From Camelus ferus (lineage: Eukaryota), in contig NC_045697.1 in the NCBI RefSeq assembly GCF_009834535.1, positions 102,612,001 to 102,676,000 of the forward strand: a stretch of DNA of 64,000 bases. The letters are read 5' to 3'. Shown piece after piece: positions 50,240 to 63,014 of the stretch; the first letter of the stretch is position 1, and every line of letters begins with the position of its first letter. Made by a program: the position numbers and the translations under genes. The notes below the pieces were generated by a model. That model made no database searches and had not been told where the DNA came from. It was given only the letters and a program-made list of their open reading frames with translations.

Positions 50240-51139
50240 CATTAGAGATGGATTTACCGTGAAGCTTAAGCTTCAGAGACCCTCATTGCATAGGCCCATG
50301 GCTGATTATGTGTTTTTATAAAAATTGCAAAATTCAGATACTTCAAGTACTATACATGAAGGCTACTATCTCTTTCTACTCAAACTCCCCCTCGGTTACA
50401 TTCGTCTCCAGTGTTGATGGAGAGGCCTTAGGCATTTTGGGGATCTAGTTAAGAAGAAATTGAGCAAGGTATATATTTAGCATGGGTTAACAGACATAGT
50501 TTTGTGTTTGTAATCACTCCCAATACCCAGTGTGTGAACTCATCCAGCTTTGTGACACGAGGGGACAGACCCAGAGATCGTATCACAGTCAGAAGGTGTC
50601 TTACACTTTCTTTGGGCAGTGAAGGAGTAACAAAGTTTAAAATTGACTGAGCCAAAGTAGAAAACTTCCAAATCTTATAATTCATATGAAAAAGAGATCT
50701 GACAGTGGTTTCCCCAATTTTGACAACTGTCTAAAAATCTACATGGCAATATCAATAATGAGTTGTAAAGATGAAAGAAATTTCCTAAACTATCGATAAT
50801 AAAACAAAATTTCAGTTACAACAAAGACTGAATTATCTTTATATTCTCTCTATAAAAGTGATACTACAAAAGTACTATCAAATAAAGGCAAAAGTGAAAA
50901 AAAAGTTTAACGGTCCATTAAGTATTTGATTGATAAAAATATTATATTAGCTTTCTGGATTTTGTGATACTTGTGCTAAATGTGAGCTTCCTAGAATTTG
51001 TAATTGATTGTAATTTTCACTATGAATACATTTTGAATTTCATATCTAACTTTGTATTTTTAAAGGTGTATTTTTTTCCTAAAGAAGCTGCCAAATTTTA
51101 TATTAAATTCATGCCCCCAAACAACTAGATCCTTCTCTG
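50240..51139. mobile_element. hAT-Tip100 (Zaphod-like) DNA transposon remnant inside the 5' LTR
   Basis: gatggatttaccgtgaagcttaagcttcagagaccctc start; gcccccaaacaactagatccttctctg end; transposase-like tttccccaattttgacaac...gagttgtaaagatgaaagaaatttcctaaact...gactgaattatct. Confidence 0.65.
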
Positions 51140-51552
51140 CCAGTAATAAATCAATTGCTTAAACTAGCAAAAGTGATTTCCATTCTCTGCAACAGAATTC
51201 TACATGATTATGTCATTAATATCAGGTAGGGTTGCATACAACAATTTTAAGGAAATGAACTCCTGGAATTGGTTATCTCACCTGGGTGGGTTTGAAAGCC
51301 ATGATAATCACATTAAGAACAAATGATAAATTATGCTTGCTGAAAATGAAGGCCTTAGCAAACGGAAGGCTTGGCAGATCAGCTGGCCACTGCACAACCA
51401 CTTATGGTAAGAAGGAGGGATTTAAAAAAAATGTGGGGTGAGTTGGCTAACTCTAACTGCACTGGAGAGTTTTAGAAAAAGAAGAGAAAGCTCCATATTT
51501 AAAATTCTTAACTCAGTGGACAAATCAGAGAACTTATATAATCACCATAAAA

Positions 51553-51738
51553 TAATGGTTCTCAAACTGCAGCATGATTAAGAACCCCCTACAGGACTTA
51601 TTTAAAATACAGGCTGCTGGGTCCCCAACCTCAGAGTTTCTGACTGAGTGAAGGGTGGAGCCCAAGAATTCGCTTTTCTGAAAGTTTCAAGGTGACGCTA
51701 ATATTGTTGGTCCAGGAACGACAATTTGAGAACCATAG
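51553..51738. mobile_element. MER5A MITE
   Basis: TIRs tggttctcaaa ... tttgagaacca; 8-bp degenerate TSD ccataaaa/ccctaaat. Confidence 0.88.
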
Positions 51739-52231
51739 CCCTAAATGAGTGCCCTTACCTCTGTACTGGCAGGGCAGATATCCCTAATTATCAGATCCAA
51801 CAAGTTGCCAAAATACAACTTAAATTAAATTCACAACCTCACTTGGCCTCTTATGTGAAAGCACATTAATTAGGAAGGAGTGGGACACTATGAACTGGAA
51901 TAAGGATATTTGAAGGGACTTAGATGACGCTGAGTACCTGAACCTCCAAGTCCACTGAGCTTTCCATTTTAGCAAGTGTAGCCCCTTCTCTGCTTTTATC
52001 AGCTAAATCTGCCACGTTTAAAGCCCCAGTGTTGACTGCACCAGCAGTAATTTCCTTGCAAGAAGATGCCAGTTCTCCTTATGCTCCACCCTCGCACCCG
52101 TCATTCAATCTAGACGTGGGGTCAGATCCCAGCAGACCCCCAGGGTAGGTACTAAGTCTGACTGAGGAGGAAAAGTCTTATACGAAAAATAGTCTTAAGA
52201 TTTTTCTAAATTGTATTAATAAAAACCTAGA

Positions 52232-52945
52232 TGAGTTGGTGCAGCCACTGTGGAAAACAGTATGGAGCTTCCTTAAAAAACTAAAAATAGAGTTACCATA
52301 AAATCCAGCAATCTCATTCCTGGGCATATATCCAGAAAAGCTGAAGACTCTAATTCAAAAAGATATAGGCACCCCAATGTTCACAGCAGCATTATTTACA
52401 ATAGCCAAGAAACAGAAGCAACCTAAGTGTCCATCAGCAGATAACTAGCTTAAGAAGATGTGGTACATATATACAATGTAATATTACCATAAAAAATGAA
52501 ATATTGTCCTTTGCAATAGACCTGAGAATGTTGTACTTAGTGAAGTAAGTCAGACAGAAAGACAAATATAATATATTGTCACTTATATGTGGAATCTAAA
52601 AAATAATGCAAACGAATCTGTGTACAAAACAGAAACAGACTCAGACACAGAAAGCAAACTTATAGTTGCCAAAGGGAGAAGGGAGGGAGGACAGATAAAT
52701 TAGGAGTTTGAGATTAACATATACAGACTACTATACATAAAATAGATAAGCAACAAGAATTTACTGTGTAGTACGGTAACAATATCCAGCATCTTTTAAT
52801 AACCTATAATGGAAAAAAATCTGAAAAAAAAACCATAACAGAATCACTTTGCTGTACACCTCAAACTAACAATATTGTAAATCAACTATACTTCAATAAA
52901 AAATAAACTCATTTAATTTTTTAAAAAATTAATTAATTAATTAAT
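52232..52945 (+). mobile_element. Artiodactyl-type L1 3' end
   Basis: ttggtgcagccactgtggaaaacagtatggag...aaatcaactatacttcaataaaa; TSD taaaaacctaga at 52220-52231 and 52946-52957. Confidence 0.92.
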
Positions 52946-53776
52946 TAAAAACCTAGAGAATTATGGAATGAATTCTGAGAGTAATAGTTGAGGTTGAATT
53001 TACCAACATAGATGTGTTTATCAGAGATTCTGGATTCAGTGTCCCAGCTCACAGAGTTGGAAGTCGCCTGAAGTGTTCGTTCATTTCGTTAACTGAACCT
53101 GAACTCAACAATGGCCTACACTAAATGAAGTTAGGTACTAGAAATCCTTTGATATAAGGTAGATGAAGGTATTCAGAGACTCTGGGAGACGGGGATGCAG
53201 GAGAAAATTTAACATGCACGACTAACTTACCCACCTACCAGCTGGGAGCCTTGAAATGGCTCAGAGGACCCTCTGTTTACCAAAACATTGAAAATCACTG
53301 CAGTTTTGTTGTTGTTGTTGTTGTTGTTTGCAGGCAGTAGGTATATCCCCAGAAATAGAATCCTGGGTTAAACAAGGATGAGGCCACGCCAGAGTAGGAA
53401 AGACCACGTAGCAGCAGGCACCAAGTAGAGAAAAAGGAGTGGACTCATTAAGCAGAAAGCTGGGCTTCAGCGATAAAACGGTTTGATCTATTCTCCGCAT
53501 CCCCCACCAAAACCAAAAAGCCTTTTTGGCTGATAAATGGAGGCCTAACTTGAATCAAAATGATAAGGAGCTAAGGATGCTGGCCCAGTTCTCAGACCTG
53601 AGTTGCAGAGTCCCAGGAATGAGGAAGCCAGGATCCCCTGAAGAAGAAGGCTGAACCACTGCCCCAAGTCCCTACTACACATGTTTCACCTAGGCTGCCC
53701 CAAAGGGACCTGTTGGTATTGACTGGTATTATTGTGCCCTGGGAAAAAGGAACTACTCAGATCTTTATCTAAAGAA

Positions 53777-54930
53777 TTATTGGACTCTGGCTCTGAGTAA
53801 ATGCTAATCCCTGGGCTTCTGTATTGCTCCTGGGTCAACTGTTCAGAAGGGGGACTTCCTGTGGTCAAGTGAGAAATGGAATTTTGACCCATGTCATCGG
53901 TCTCACGATGGGCCCAGTGTGCTTTTGAACACATCGTGTAGTTATTTTCCCATTCCTGTAAGCAGACTTGAAGAAAAAATAACAGAAGAATCCTCATAAA
54001 AACCTCCTGACCTGTGGACCGATGGCTATTAAATATGGTAGAAAAGCCAAAAGGAAGCTTCTGGAACTACCGCTTCCACAATAGCAAGCCAAAGGTAACA
54101 CCACAGCTCTAAGAGGGATCACAGAGATTAGTGCTACCATCAAAGATGTGACAGATACAAGGATGGTGATTCTTATCACGTCCACATTTAACTCTCTTGT
54201 TTGGATTGTGCAGAAGACATTCTTGGAGAATGATGGTGGATTTGTCTGGCTTAGTCAGCCCAGGCTCCTGTAACACAATAACATAGACTCAGTAGCTTAA
54301 CAACAGACATTTATTTCTCACAGTTCTACAGAGTGGGAATTCCAAGATCAGGGTGACTGTGAGTTCAGTGGCTGGAGAGGACCGTCTTCCTGATTTGTAG
54401 ATGTGTATCCTCACACCTATAAATGAGGAGGGAGAGAGAGCCATAGTCTCCAGACACTAATCCCATTTCTCCACCTTCATGACTCCATCAAAACCTAATT
54501 ATCTCCCCAAAGCCCCACTTCTTAGTGCCTTCACATTGGGCGATAGAGTTTCAACATATACATTTTGGGGGACACAAACATTCAGTCCATAATGCAAGCT
54601 CAATTAGGAGATGACTGATAAGCACCTGATTAGCTGCTATTGATCTAAGCAACTCTCTGTTCCTATCCCAGTAAGCAGAAAACACCAGAAGCCCTTCAAT
54701 TGCACATGAGATACAGGCATGCACCATTACCACCTTGCCTCAAGGCAATTAACTCTCTAGCCTTTTGTCACAGGGTCCCTTATCATCTTACTATCCCCCA
54801 GAACATCAAGCTGGTGATGATGACATCAGTCTGATAGAACCTGGTGATCAAGTAGCCGTTACTGTAAATTTCTTCTTAAGACGGTCATAAGCTGTAAGGT
54901 AAAAGATAAACCTCTTAAAAATTCAAGGGT
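53777..54930 (+). pseudogene. ERV-L protease/reverse transcriptase remnant (stops, frameshifts, MLT insertion)
   Basis: Hand translation: LLDSGSE*MLIPG; GITEISATIKDVTDTRMVILITSTFNSLVWIVQKT/SWRMMVD; AAIDLSNS; TITTLPQG/INSLAFCH; IPQNIKLV/DDISLIEP; KINLLKIQG. Confidence 0.85.
54243..54594 (-). mobile_element. MLT1A-like LTR inserted in the ERV-L RT
   Basis: cttagtcagcccaggctcctgtaac...acatttatttctcacagttct...gggggacacaaacattcagtccataa. Confidence 0.85.
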
Positions 54931-54994
54931 ATGACAACCTAATCCATAGGTCATAGGATATCATGACAGAATTATAACTGAAATAAAGAAGAAA

Positions 54995-55172
54995 TGACAA
55001 CAAAGTCCTACTGTATAGCACAGGGAACTATATTCAATATCTTGTAGTAGCCTATAATGAAAATAACATGAAAAAAAAAATATATATATATATATATAAA
55101 ATTGAATCACTGTTTACACCAGAAATCAATACAACATTGTTAAATTGAAAAAAAAAAAAAGAAGAAGAAGAA
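54995..55172 (+). mobile_element. Short L1 3' tip
   Basis: caacaaagtcctactgtatagcacagggaactatattcaatatcttgt followed by an A tail. Confidence 0.85.
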
Positions 55173-56059
55173 ATGAATAACTCCCAGACTTAGATGGAAG
55201 AATTGATGGGACTTTAGTTTTCCCCAACAGGGTGGAGATGAGTGAGTTTTTATATGTACGAGTGATCAAGAAAATATGTTAAGCTCTTGTCTTGCTGTTA
55301 TCGTTGTTTGGAAAGCTAAGGGAAGAAAAGCATGTTGGTGTGTAGAGTAACCATAGAGGTACGATGTGGCATACTTGCAGATTGAGATTCATACGTACAG
55401 AGGCTGGAAAGCGAAAAACAATCCCCCTTCTCCTTTACAGCTAGGTTCTGGAAGTGATTTACTTTCCGCCAATCAGATGAACTCAACACAATTTGGGAAG
55501 TAGACGTGGAGCAGAGTCTGCGCTTCTACTGCTCTGCGCTCTCTACTGACAAGCATCACTGACCATGGAGTGCCCGCTGGCCGAGTCCTCGGAGCTGGTT
55601 GTGAGCTTTGCAGGCGTCAAGGGCCGGGGCAAGGTATCTGTTTTGTTGCTGTGGAGCAGAGCAGACATGGCATTGATCTGGATTCAGTGCAAGAGCAGGA
55701 GCTTTCTGGACATGGCAGTTTCTTGATTAAGACAGTTAACCTGCTGTGACAACTTACTGGCTCTGGCAGCGGTGATAGGATTCTGGAACCAGCAGCTTCC
55801 TGATCATGGAGGAGGCAGCAGCTCCTTTGCTGGCCCAGTTCTGTGATTTGGGAGGGTCATTCCTAAGAGCACAGCCTAGAGCTTTCAGCCTTTTCAACAA
55901 TTCTAAAGCCATTAAATAACTTCTACTAAATGCCTTTCTGCTTAATAGTTGGAATAGATTCTGTTCCTCAGAAATGAACCCTGGTTGGTGTACAGCACAT
56001 GCATTGAAGTTTCTCCAGGGTATATACCCAGGAGTGTAATTGTTGGGTTATGGTATATA

Positions 56060-56399
56060 CATTTGGCCCTCGGTATCTGTGGGTTCTGAATCTGTGGATT
56101 CAACCAACCATGGATTAATAATATCTGCCCCTGCCCCAAATTTCAGAATGTTCCCCAAAGCAAAACTGGAATTTGTCACACACCAGCAACTATTTACACA
56201 GCATTTACCTTGTGTTAACAACTATTCACATGGTATTACTTATTATAAGTAACCTAGAGATGATTTAAAGTGTACAGGAGGATGTGCATAGATTATATGC
56301 AAATACTATGCCATTTTATATAAAGGACTTGAGTGTCCATGGATATTGGTATCTGCTGGGGTCTTGGAACCAATTTGCCCCAAAACTGAAGGACAACTG
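56060..56399. mobile_element. MER2 (Tigger/mariner) MITE
   Basis: catttggccctcggtatctgtggg...gattcaaccaacc...ctgaaggacaactg, with TA flanks. Confidence 0.88.
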
Positions 56400-56809
56400 T
56401 ATACATTTTAAACTTTACTACATATTACCAAAATGTTCTCCAAACTGCTGTGCTAATTTACATTCCTATCAGAAAATTCCACCAAAATTTCTCCTTGTAA
56501 TACTTATAATTTTTGTTAAATTGATTGGTGTAAAAAAGAATCTTGTTTGAAGTTGCATTTCCCTGATTACTGATTTTTCATATGTTGATTGGTTATTCAG
56601 TTTCCTTTTAGTAAATTGCCTGTAATATAATTTGTTCATTTTTCTGTTGAATTGCTTATTTCTTTATTGATTTATGTGAGCTCTTTATATTTCATGGTTA
56701 TTAAATCTTAGCTACTGCAAATATCTTCAATCTAGTGGCATGCCCTTTCATTTTACTAATGTTGTTTCTCCCATCCAAAAAAAAATTCACATTAAATTTA
56801 TCAAGTTTT

Positions 56810-57484
56810 CACTGTGGAAAACAGTATGGAGATTCCTCAAAAGACTAGGAATAGACTTACCATATGAATCCCACTCCTGGGCATATATCCAGAAGGAACC
56901 CTACTTCAGGATGACACCTGCACCCCAATGTTCACAGCAGCACTATTTACAATAGCCAGGACATGGAAACAGCCTTAATGTCCATCAACGGATGACTGGA
57001 TAAAGAAGATGTGGTATATTTATACAATGGAATACTACTCAGCCATAAAAACCAACAACATAAAGCCATTTGCAGCAACATGGATGCTCCTGGAGAATGT
57101 CATTCTAAGTGAAGTAAGCCAGAAAGAGAAAGAAAAATACCATATGAGATCGCTCGTTATGTGGAATCTTAAAACAAAAACAAAAACAAAAACAAAGCAT
57201 AAATACAAAACAGAAATAGACTCACAGACATAGAATACAAACTTGTGGTTGCCAAGGGGGTGGAGGGTGGGAAGGGATAGACCAGATTTCAAAATTGTAG
57301 AATAGATAAACAAGACTATACTGTATAGCACAGGGAAATATACACAAGATCTTATGGTAGCTCACAGAGAAAAAAATGTGACAATGAATATATATATGTT
57401 CATGTATAACTGAAAAATTGTGCTCTACGCTGGAATTTGACACAACATTGCAAAATGATTATAAATCAATAAAAAATGTTAAAA
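56810..57484 (+). mobile_element. Young camelid-type L1 3' end
   Basis: ORF2 end (LWKTVWRFLKRLGIDLPY; MWYIYTMEYYSAIK) plus 3' UTR; TSD aaatttat(c/a)aagtttt at 56794-56809 and 57485-57500. Confidence 0.93.
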
Positions 57485-58324
57485 AAATTTATAAAGTTTT
57501 TCCTTCATTGTTCATGCTTTTTGTGTCTTATCTAAGAAATCTTTTTTCACATGTCATAAAGATATTTTCCTAGGCCTTCTTTTAAAGGTCTTGAATTTTT
57601 TCATTTTTACCACTGTAATAAATCTGGAATTTATTTTTGTAGATATATGAGACAGAAGTGTGATTTTATGTTTTGCATATGAATAACTGATTATTTCAGA
57701 ACTGCTTGCTAAGTGGTCCGCCCTTACCCCACTAATTTTAATACTACCCTTGTCCTATTCCAGGGTTCTACTTACTCATAGGTCTCTTTCGGGGTCCTCT
57801 CATTTTTGATGGTTTATTTTCCCACACCTGCAGTGGTACTACGCTGTCTTAATTTTTATAAACCCTGATATCTGGTAGGGTAAATCTTACAACATTGTTC
57901 TCAAAAATTGTTTTGCCTTCTAGGCACACAGGAGGCTATAGGCGTGGATGACAAAAAATGAGACAGGGTAGAGGGTGTCATGTGACTCACTATTAAACAA
58001 ATAAAATACTGTCTTCCAAATTCTATCAGTATGTTTTCCCCTGACCAAATTTATTATTTCAAGTTTTTGAACTTCAACTTGAATAACCTTCCATTCATAG
58101 TGGTTAACAAGTAATAATTACACACAATTTATCAAGTAGATCAGTGGATACTGAAACTCACTTTTTAAACTCATGTTTTTACAGCCATACTATTGAGTCT
58201 CAAAGAAGAAATGATATTATGAAATGACATTTTCCATCTGTTTATCTCTGAGTCCACTAATTTCCATCAGTCCTGAAAAGTGTACGTGTGGACTTGTGCA
58301 TATCCAGTTCATCTTTCCATTTGC

Positions 58325-58433
58325 ATGTATATATATTTTTTGAAGTAGAGTCAGGTTACAATGTTGTGTCAATTTCTGGTGTGCAGCACAGTGCTTCAGT
58401 CATACATGAACACATATATATTCGTTTTCACAT
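58325..58433 (-). mobile_element. Very short L1 3' tip
   Basis: tacaatgttgtgtcaatttctggtgtgcagcac; TSD catcttt(c/t)atttgc at 58310-58324 and 58434-58448. Confidence 0.85.
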
Positions 58434-58566
58434 CATCTTTCTATTTGCTTTACCTCCAAGGAACCTATTGGAAAAGTAAATCTGTTTTTCATTTAAATTA
58501 AGAGTGATCTCCCTTTATTCAAAGCCCTCCATAGAACTGACTAATTTGATGCTCATAACATCCCTA

Positions 58567-59400
58567 TGCAGTGGGTATAATAAATAAAGATTTGGTTTTC
58601 ATCCTGGGTTCCTGTCACAGAGCTCTTAAAACTCTTGCAATTTCCTGAATGATAAGGGTGGTAAGAGCATCTTTGTTATAATATTTGGGTTTTGTACAGA
58701 GTTCCTAAAACTTGGAATTTCCTAAGTGTCTTTTGTTGTTCATTACAAGTCCTTTGATCACACCTGAGTTTATGCTACATCGCCTCAGGATGGGGCTGGT
58801 CACCAGAAAGACTAAGTGATTACAGTCAGCCCCAGCCACCAGTCTTTCAGAAGCGGGGCTGAGGCAGGGCTGGGAATTAAAGCCCTATACAACTCTTGAA
58901 TGAAGAGATTTGATAAGCTTCCTGGTGTGGGTCAGCCTCAACTCTACAGGGACAGAAGCTCCCGCACTCAGGACGCTTCCAGACCTCGCCTATGGACCTC
59001 TTCATCTGGCCGTTCCTCTGTTTCCTTTAGAATACACTGATAAACAGAGGTAAATGTTTACTGGAGTTTTGTGAGCCACTGTAGCATAGTATCAAACCCG
59101 AGGAGGGGACTGTGGGACCCCCCGATTTGTAGCCCAGTCAGATGGAAGTGGTGGGTAACCCAGGGTTCCACCACCTGTGGTGGGCATCTGGAGTGGGGGC
59201 AGTCTCATGGGACTGAGCCCTTAACCTGTAAAGTCTGTACAAACTTCAGGCAGTTAGGGTCATAACTGAGTTAAACTGCAGGACATCCAGTCCATGTCCA
59301 CGGGAAAGCCGAGTTGCATTGTAATGGAGAAAACCCCTCCAGCACATGTAGGGTCAGAAGTGATCCATGTGAGAGGACAGAGAAAGAGTGATCTCCCAGA
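58567..59400 (+). mobile_element. MER21-like LTR inserted in a MIR
   Basis: ggttcctgtcacagagctcttaaaactcttg...ggacagaagctcccgcactcaggac...atggacctcttcatctggc; MIR pieces at ~58540-58570 and 59405-59550. Confidence 0.8.
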
Positions 59401-59589
59401 AGCGGCTACTACTATTTCATGCTCATTATACAGAAGAGGAAAAGAAGACACAGAGATCTTAAGTAACAGAGCCAGGCCTTCCTTGTTAATAAATGGCAGA
59501 ACTGAGACTTGGACCCAAGCAATGTGGCCTCATCACTTTCCCCTATAACCACTGCAACTCTACTGCCTCTCATTAAACTAGTGATCACG

Positions 59590-60010
59590 GGGACATACAG
59601 TTACCACCAAAGATGCAAAGGAGGAGAATATGCAGGAAGAGGACATGACCTAATGTGGAGGGAGTGGACAGGTAGTTAGGAGAGGCTGCATTGAAGAGAA
59701 ATATTTAAACTAAAATCTGGAAGTCGGGTAGGGTTTATTTCCATGAAAAATTTTTTTTTCTTTTTTTGACAAGAGTGTGTGGATACTGGAAAAAACCTTC
59801 CAGGAACAGGGTAAATGCAAGAGCACAGTGGTGCCTTTGAGGAAGGTGGTGCAGCTGGAGCTCAGACAGAGGCAGAGTGTGGTGTGAGTGGAACTCAGAG
59901 CAGTGAACCTGGTGGCCCAGGTCAGACGGGGCACAGGTGCCCAGGCAAGGGATTTGGACTTGATCCTTCACCTCCATGAAGCAAGATAAACAATTTGTGG
60001 TTTTACAAAT
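59590..60010 (-). mobile_element. L2 fragment
   Basis: ttaggagaggctgcattgaagagaaatatttaaactaaaatctggaag, ggatttggacttgatcct. Confidence 0.65.
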
Positions 60011-60164
60011 GTGTGTTGAAAACATTAAAGAAGGCACAATGCTAAAATTTCATTAGTAAAGGAAAAATTTTAGTAAAGATTTCCATAAATAATTGCCATT
60101 ATTAAAATTTTTCAGAGAGGTTGTAGATTTCATCCAAATTTAAATTTCACACGGAACCAGAATG

Positions 60165-60330
60165 ATAGAAGAAAGAGCATAGCCTTTGGAGAATTCATAT
60201 CAGAATTTCACCCCAGCTGTTCAAATTACTCCCTGCATGATTCAAGACAAATTATGCCGCTGCTATGAATCTCAGTTTCCTCATCAGTGAAATGGGAATA
60301 ATATTTACTCGTAGGCTTTTGCTGAAACAA
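60165..60330 (+). mobile_element. MIR fragment
   Basis: gaaagagcatagcctttggag...tgaatctcagtttcctcatcagtgaaatgggaataat. Confidence 0.75.
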
Positions 60331-61014
60331 TTTGTCTATCAACAGAACAAATCTAGTCAACTTCGGCCCAACTCGTCAACCTGTGACCATTGAAAGCGCT
60401 TCCCACAATTTCTTGTAACTTCCCGTGGCTCACGGCCATAATCATCTCTACTTTTATATTTCTGCACCCACCAGGCATATTAGCCTGGAGGAAAGCCCAG
60501 CCACATTGCTGTCTCACCAAGTTTCGACCCAGTCGTTGCATAAATTTCACAAATGTATCGGAGACTTGGAGAGAAGGGGTCACAGGGAGGACTGACCACA
60601 CTGAGCACTGAGGTCTCCCACCATCTCCCTGGTTCCACCTCCTGTCTGCCTCTTTTCCTAGTCTCCTTTCCTCTCTGGTTTAACATCAACAACAACAAAA
60701 ACCCTCCCTCCACTTCCTAAGAGTAATTCTGCCCCAGCTACATCCTCTCACTGTCTCACCTTACAAGTCATTGAAGTACTTTTCTAGAAAGGCAGGTTTT
60801 TAAGAGGAATTCTGGTGAATTACATTTTCTTCATGAACTCCATGACAATTTCAAAATCACTAAGTATAGCTAGTCACTGCTGTTCTCATCATTACTATTA
60901 CTCATTGGTGCAGATACTCTGTTTCTTAATATTTAGAAATACATGCCTTTAACTCTTTACTTAGGTTTTAGAACCATCTTATCAGAGTCTCTCTGATCTA
61001 AACCAGAGGATGAC

Positions 61015-61930
61015 TGCATTAGTTAGCTCTGTTGCCTAGACAAGGAACCTCAACTGTTAACGGCTTACAAAACAAAGGTTTATTTTTTCATTGGCATGTC
61101 ACAGGAACTCCAGGTCCACTGCAGCTGTGTTTTGAGCAGTGGGTAGGCTGTGGCTCTGCTCCGTGAATCTTCACATTCACAGCCCCTTGGTCAGACATGC
61201 CATTCTCACAGAAGAGGGGAAAGAGGTCCAGAGTCAAACATGCGATGGCTCGCAAGCCTTCTGCCTAACAGGACACAGACAACGACCACTCACATCCTAT
61301 TGGCTGAAGAAGTCCCATTGTTAAGCTCAATGTTGATGAAACAGAATGGAGAGACTGAACACACAAGTGGAGAACAGCCAGACTTAGGCAATCAAACTCT
61401 GACCTACGACCTCGGCAGCAATCGGCCCAGGAAGCCAAACCACAACATCTGTAGCCATGGGCCCCAAGTGGTCAGCACTTGGTTAATGACTGCCAGATAT
61501 TTTTTTGCCCCTGCTTCCAAGTCAAAATTAACCAGAGAAGCCAAATATACTCCCAAACCAATCATATAACATTCTCCATTTTCAGTGAGCCTGCCTCCAG
61601 CTTTTCCACACCCACAACCTCAGTCAGCATACCTGAAGTCTCCCCTTTCCTCCCCTGTAATATGGCAGTCCTACCCTCCTGCCTGCCTTTGAGTCTCTGC
61701 CAAATGCAAGTGATGGAGGCTGACTGCCTTGCTACGTAGCAAACTCTGAATAAATAGCCTCTGTTTGTTCTCCTTTGGGTGGTCTTTGCTTATTTCCACC
61801 AAATACACCCCTCCTATGGTGGCTGGGGGTGGTGGGGAGGGTTCCTGCAAATCACATGGCAATGAGCGAGGATGAATGAATCATCTTCTTTCAGGAAAAG
61901 GGAGGATAAATAGAGGGGGGACAATAGCAC
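61015..61930 (-). mobile_element. Old MLT1 LTR, split by an ERV1 LTR
   Basis: tgcattagttagctct...ggcttacaaaacaaaggtttatttt...cactcacatcctattggctgaag; it resumes at ~61802. Confidence 0.6.
61343..61801 (+). mobile_element. MER39/MER34-like ERV1 LTR
   Basis: gcagcaatcggcccaggaagccaaaccacaac...gccaaatatactcccaaaccaatcat...aaactctgaataaatagcctctgtttgttctc. Confidence 0.75.
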
Positions 61931-62393
61931 AGTCTGCCCCAGTTTACCCTCGGGATCACCAGGCGTCACTTGCCTCCTCTCCACGTGCACAATTCCATCC
62001 ATTTGTGAAAGCACCCTTGAAGTCCCCTGATTCTCTCTATTTCACATCTGTGTATGTCTAGTCTTTCTTCGGAGGCATATGGACTAAAACACAAGTTACA
62101 GACACAGGCTATAGTAGTAGCTTGGGAAGAACAATGAGAAACCCTCTTCAGAAACAAAGGGAGATACACATCAGTCACTTACCAAAGCAAGCATCCCCGG
62201 GCCAGCATTGCAAAGGCCTCTTCCTCTGTGGGGAGGAAGTGCTCCTGGCCCTGGCCCTAGTTCTACTTCCTGGAAGTAATTCTCCAGACCAGTTTCTCCA
62301 TGGCTCTGGCCTCTGCCCTCCTTCCTTTGTCTTATCCTCCTTGACTACATCTGCAGAGGCCACTGGACAACATGCCCTCCTTTGTGGCTGAGC

Positions 62394-62861
62394 ATCATTA
62401 AAGAAAAAATTATTCTGACCCTTGTTAACATGGTGAGGGAGACTTTATTCAGGACTACTGCGATAGTTGCCAAGACTATTATAATGGGAGAGAAACTGGG
62501 CTTCACTCGAATACGACAAGGACCAGTAGGGATTTCGAGTCAATGAGCAGAATGAGGGGGTCAGTGGGTGGAAAATTACCAAGGGGAAGACATCAAGGGT
62601 GGGGGAGATTCTTGCTAAACCGATGTAACCGGACTCTTGTTAAAGACAAGCCATGGTGACATCAAGGGTGGGAGATGAGGAATTATTTGATCCAGATATT
62701 GAGGGTGATCAGATAACAAGGATGGGAGGCATTCTCACTAGAGTGGTGGTGGTTGGGGGGGGGGACCTAGTCAAAGAGAGAGCTCCTAAGGACGTTTGTC
62801 AGCATCCTTCTCAGCCTACAGACATTCAGAGACCCAAAGGTAAGCTTTTATGTCTTGAACA
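62394..62861 (-). mobile_element. MER31/MER67-like ERV1 LTR
   Basis: aaagaaaaaattattctgac...agactttattcaggactactgcgatag...gggtggaaaattacc...attcttgctaaac. Confidence 0.7.
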
Positions 62862-63014
62862 GTAATTTTTGTTTTAAATTCAAGCTGTTGGCTCTTTTCA
62901 CAGTCTCTCTCTGTCTCAGTCTCTGTGTCTGTCTGGCTCTCTCTTTCACACACACCCCCCCAATACTGTTGGCTTTATATCTATTTAATTATTTTTTAAA
63001 ATTTTTAATTGTCA

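Larger units (their letters stand above)
49131..55994 (+). mobile_element. Ancient internally deleted ERV-L provirus with two LTRs (LTR41/LTR33-like) and gag-pro-pol remnants
   Basis: Homologous LTRs at ~49131-51211 (interrupted) and 55365-55994; protease LLDSGSE*MLIPG at 53777-53815; RT fragments at 54115-54930. Confidence 0.85.
55995..57910 (-). mobile_element. Old L1ME (right part of the element hosting the provirus), interrupted by MER2 and a young L1
   Basis: gtttctccagggtatatacccaggagtg, ttgcatttccctgattact, ttgttcatgctttttgtgtcttatctaagaaatc. Confidence 0.75.
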
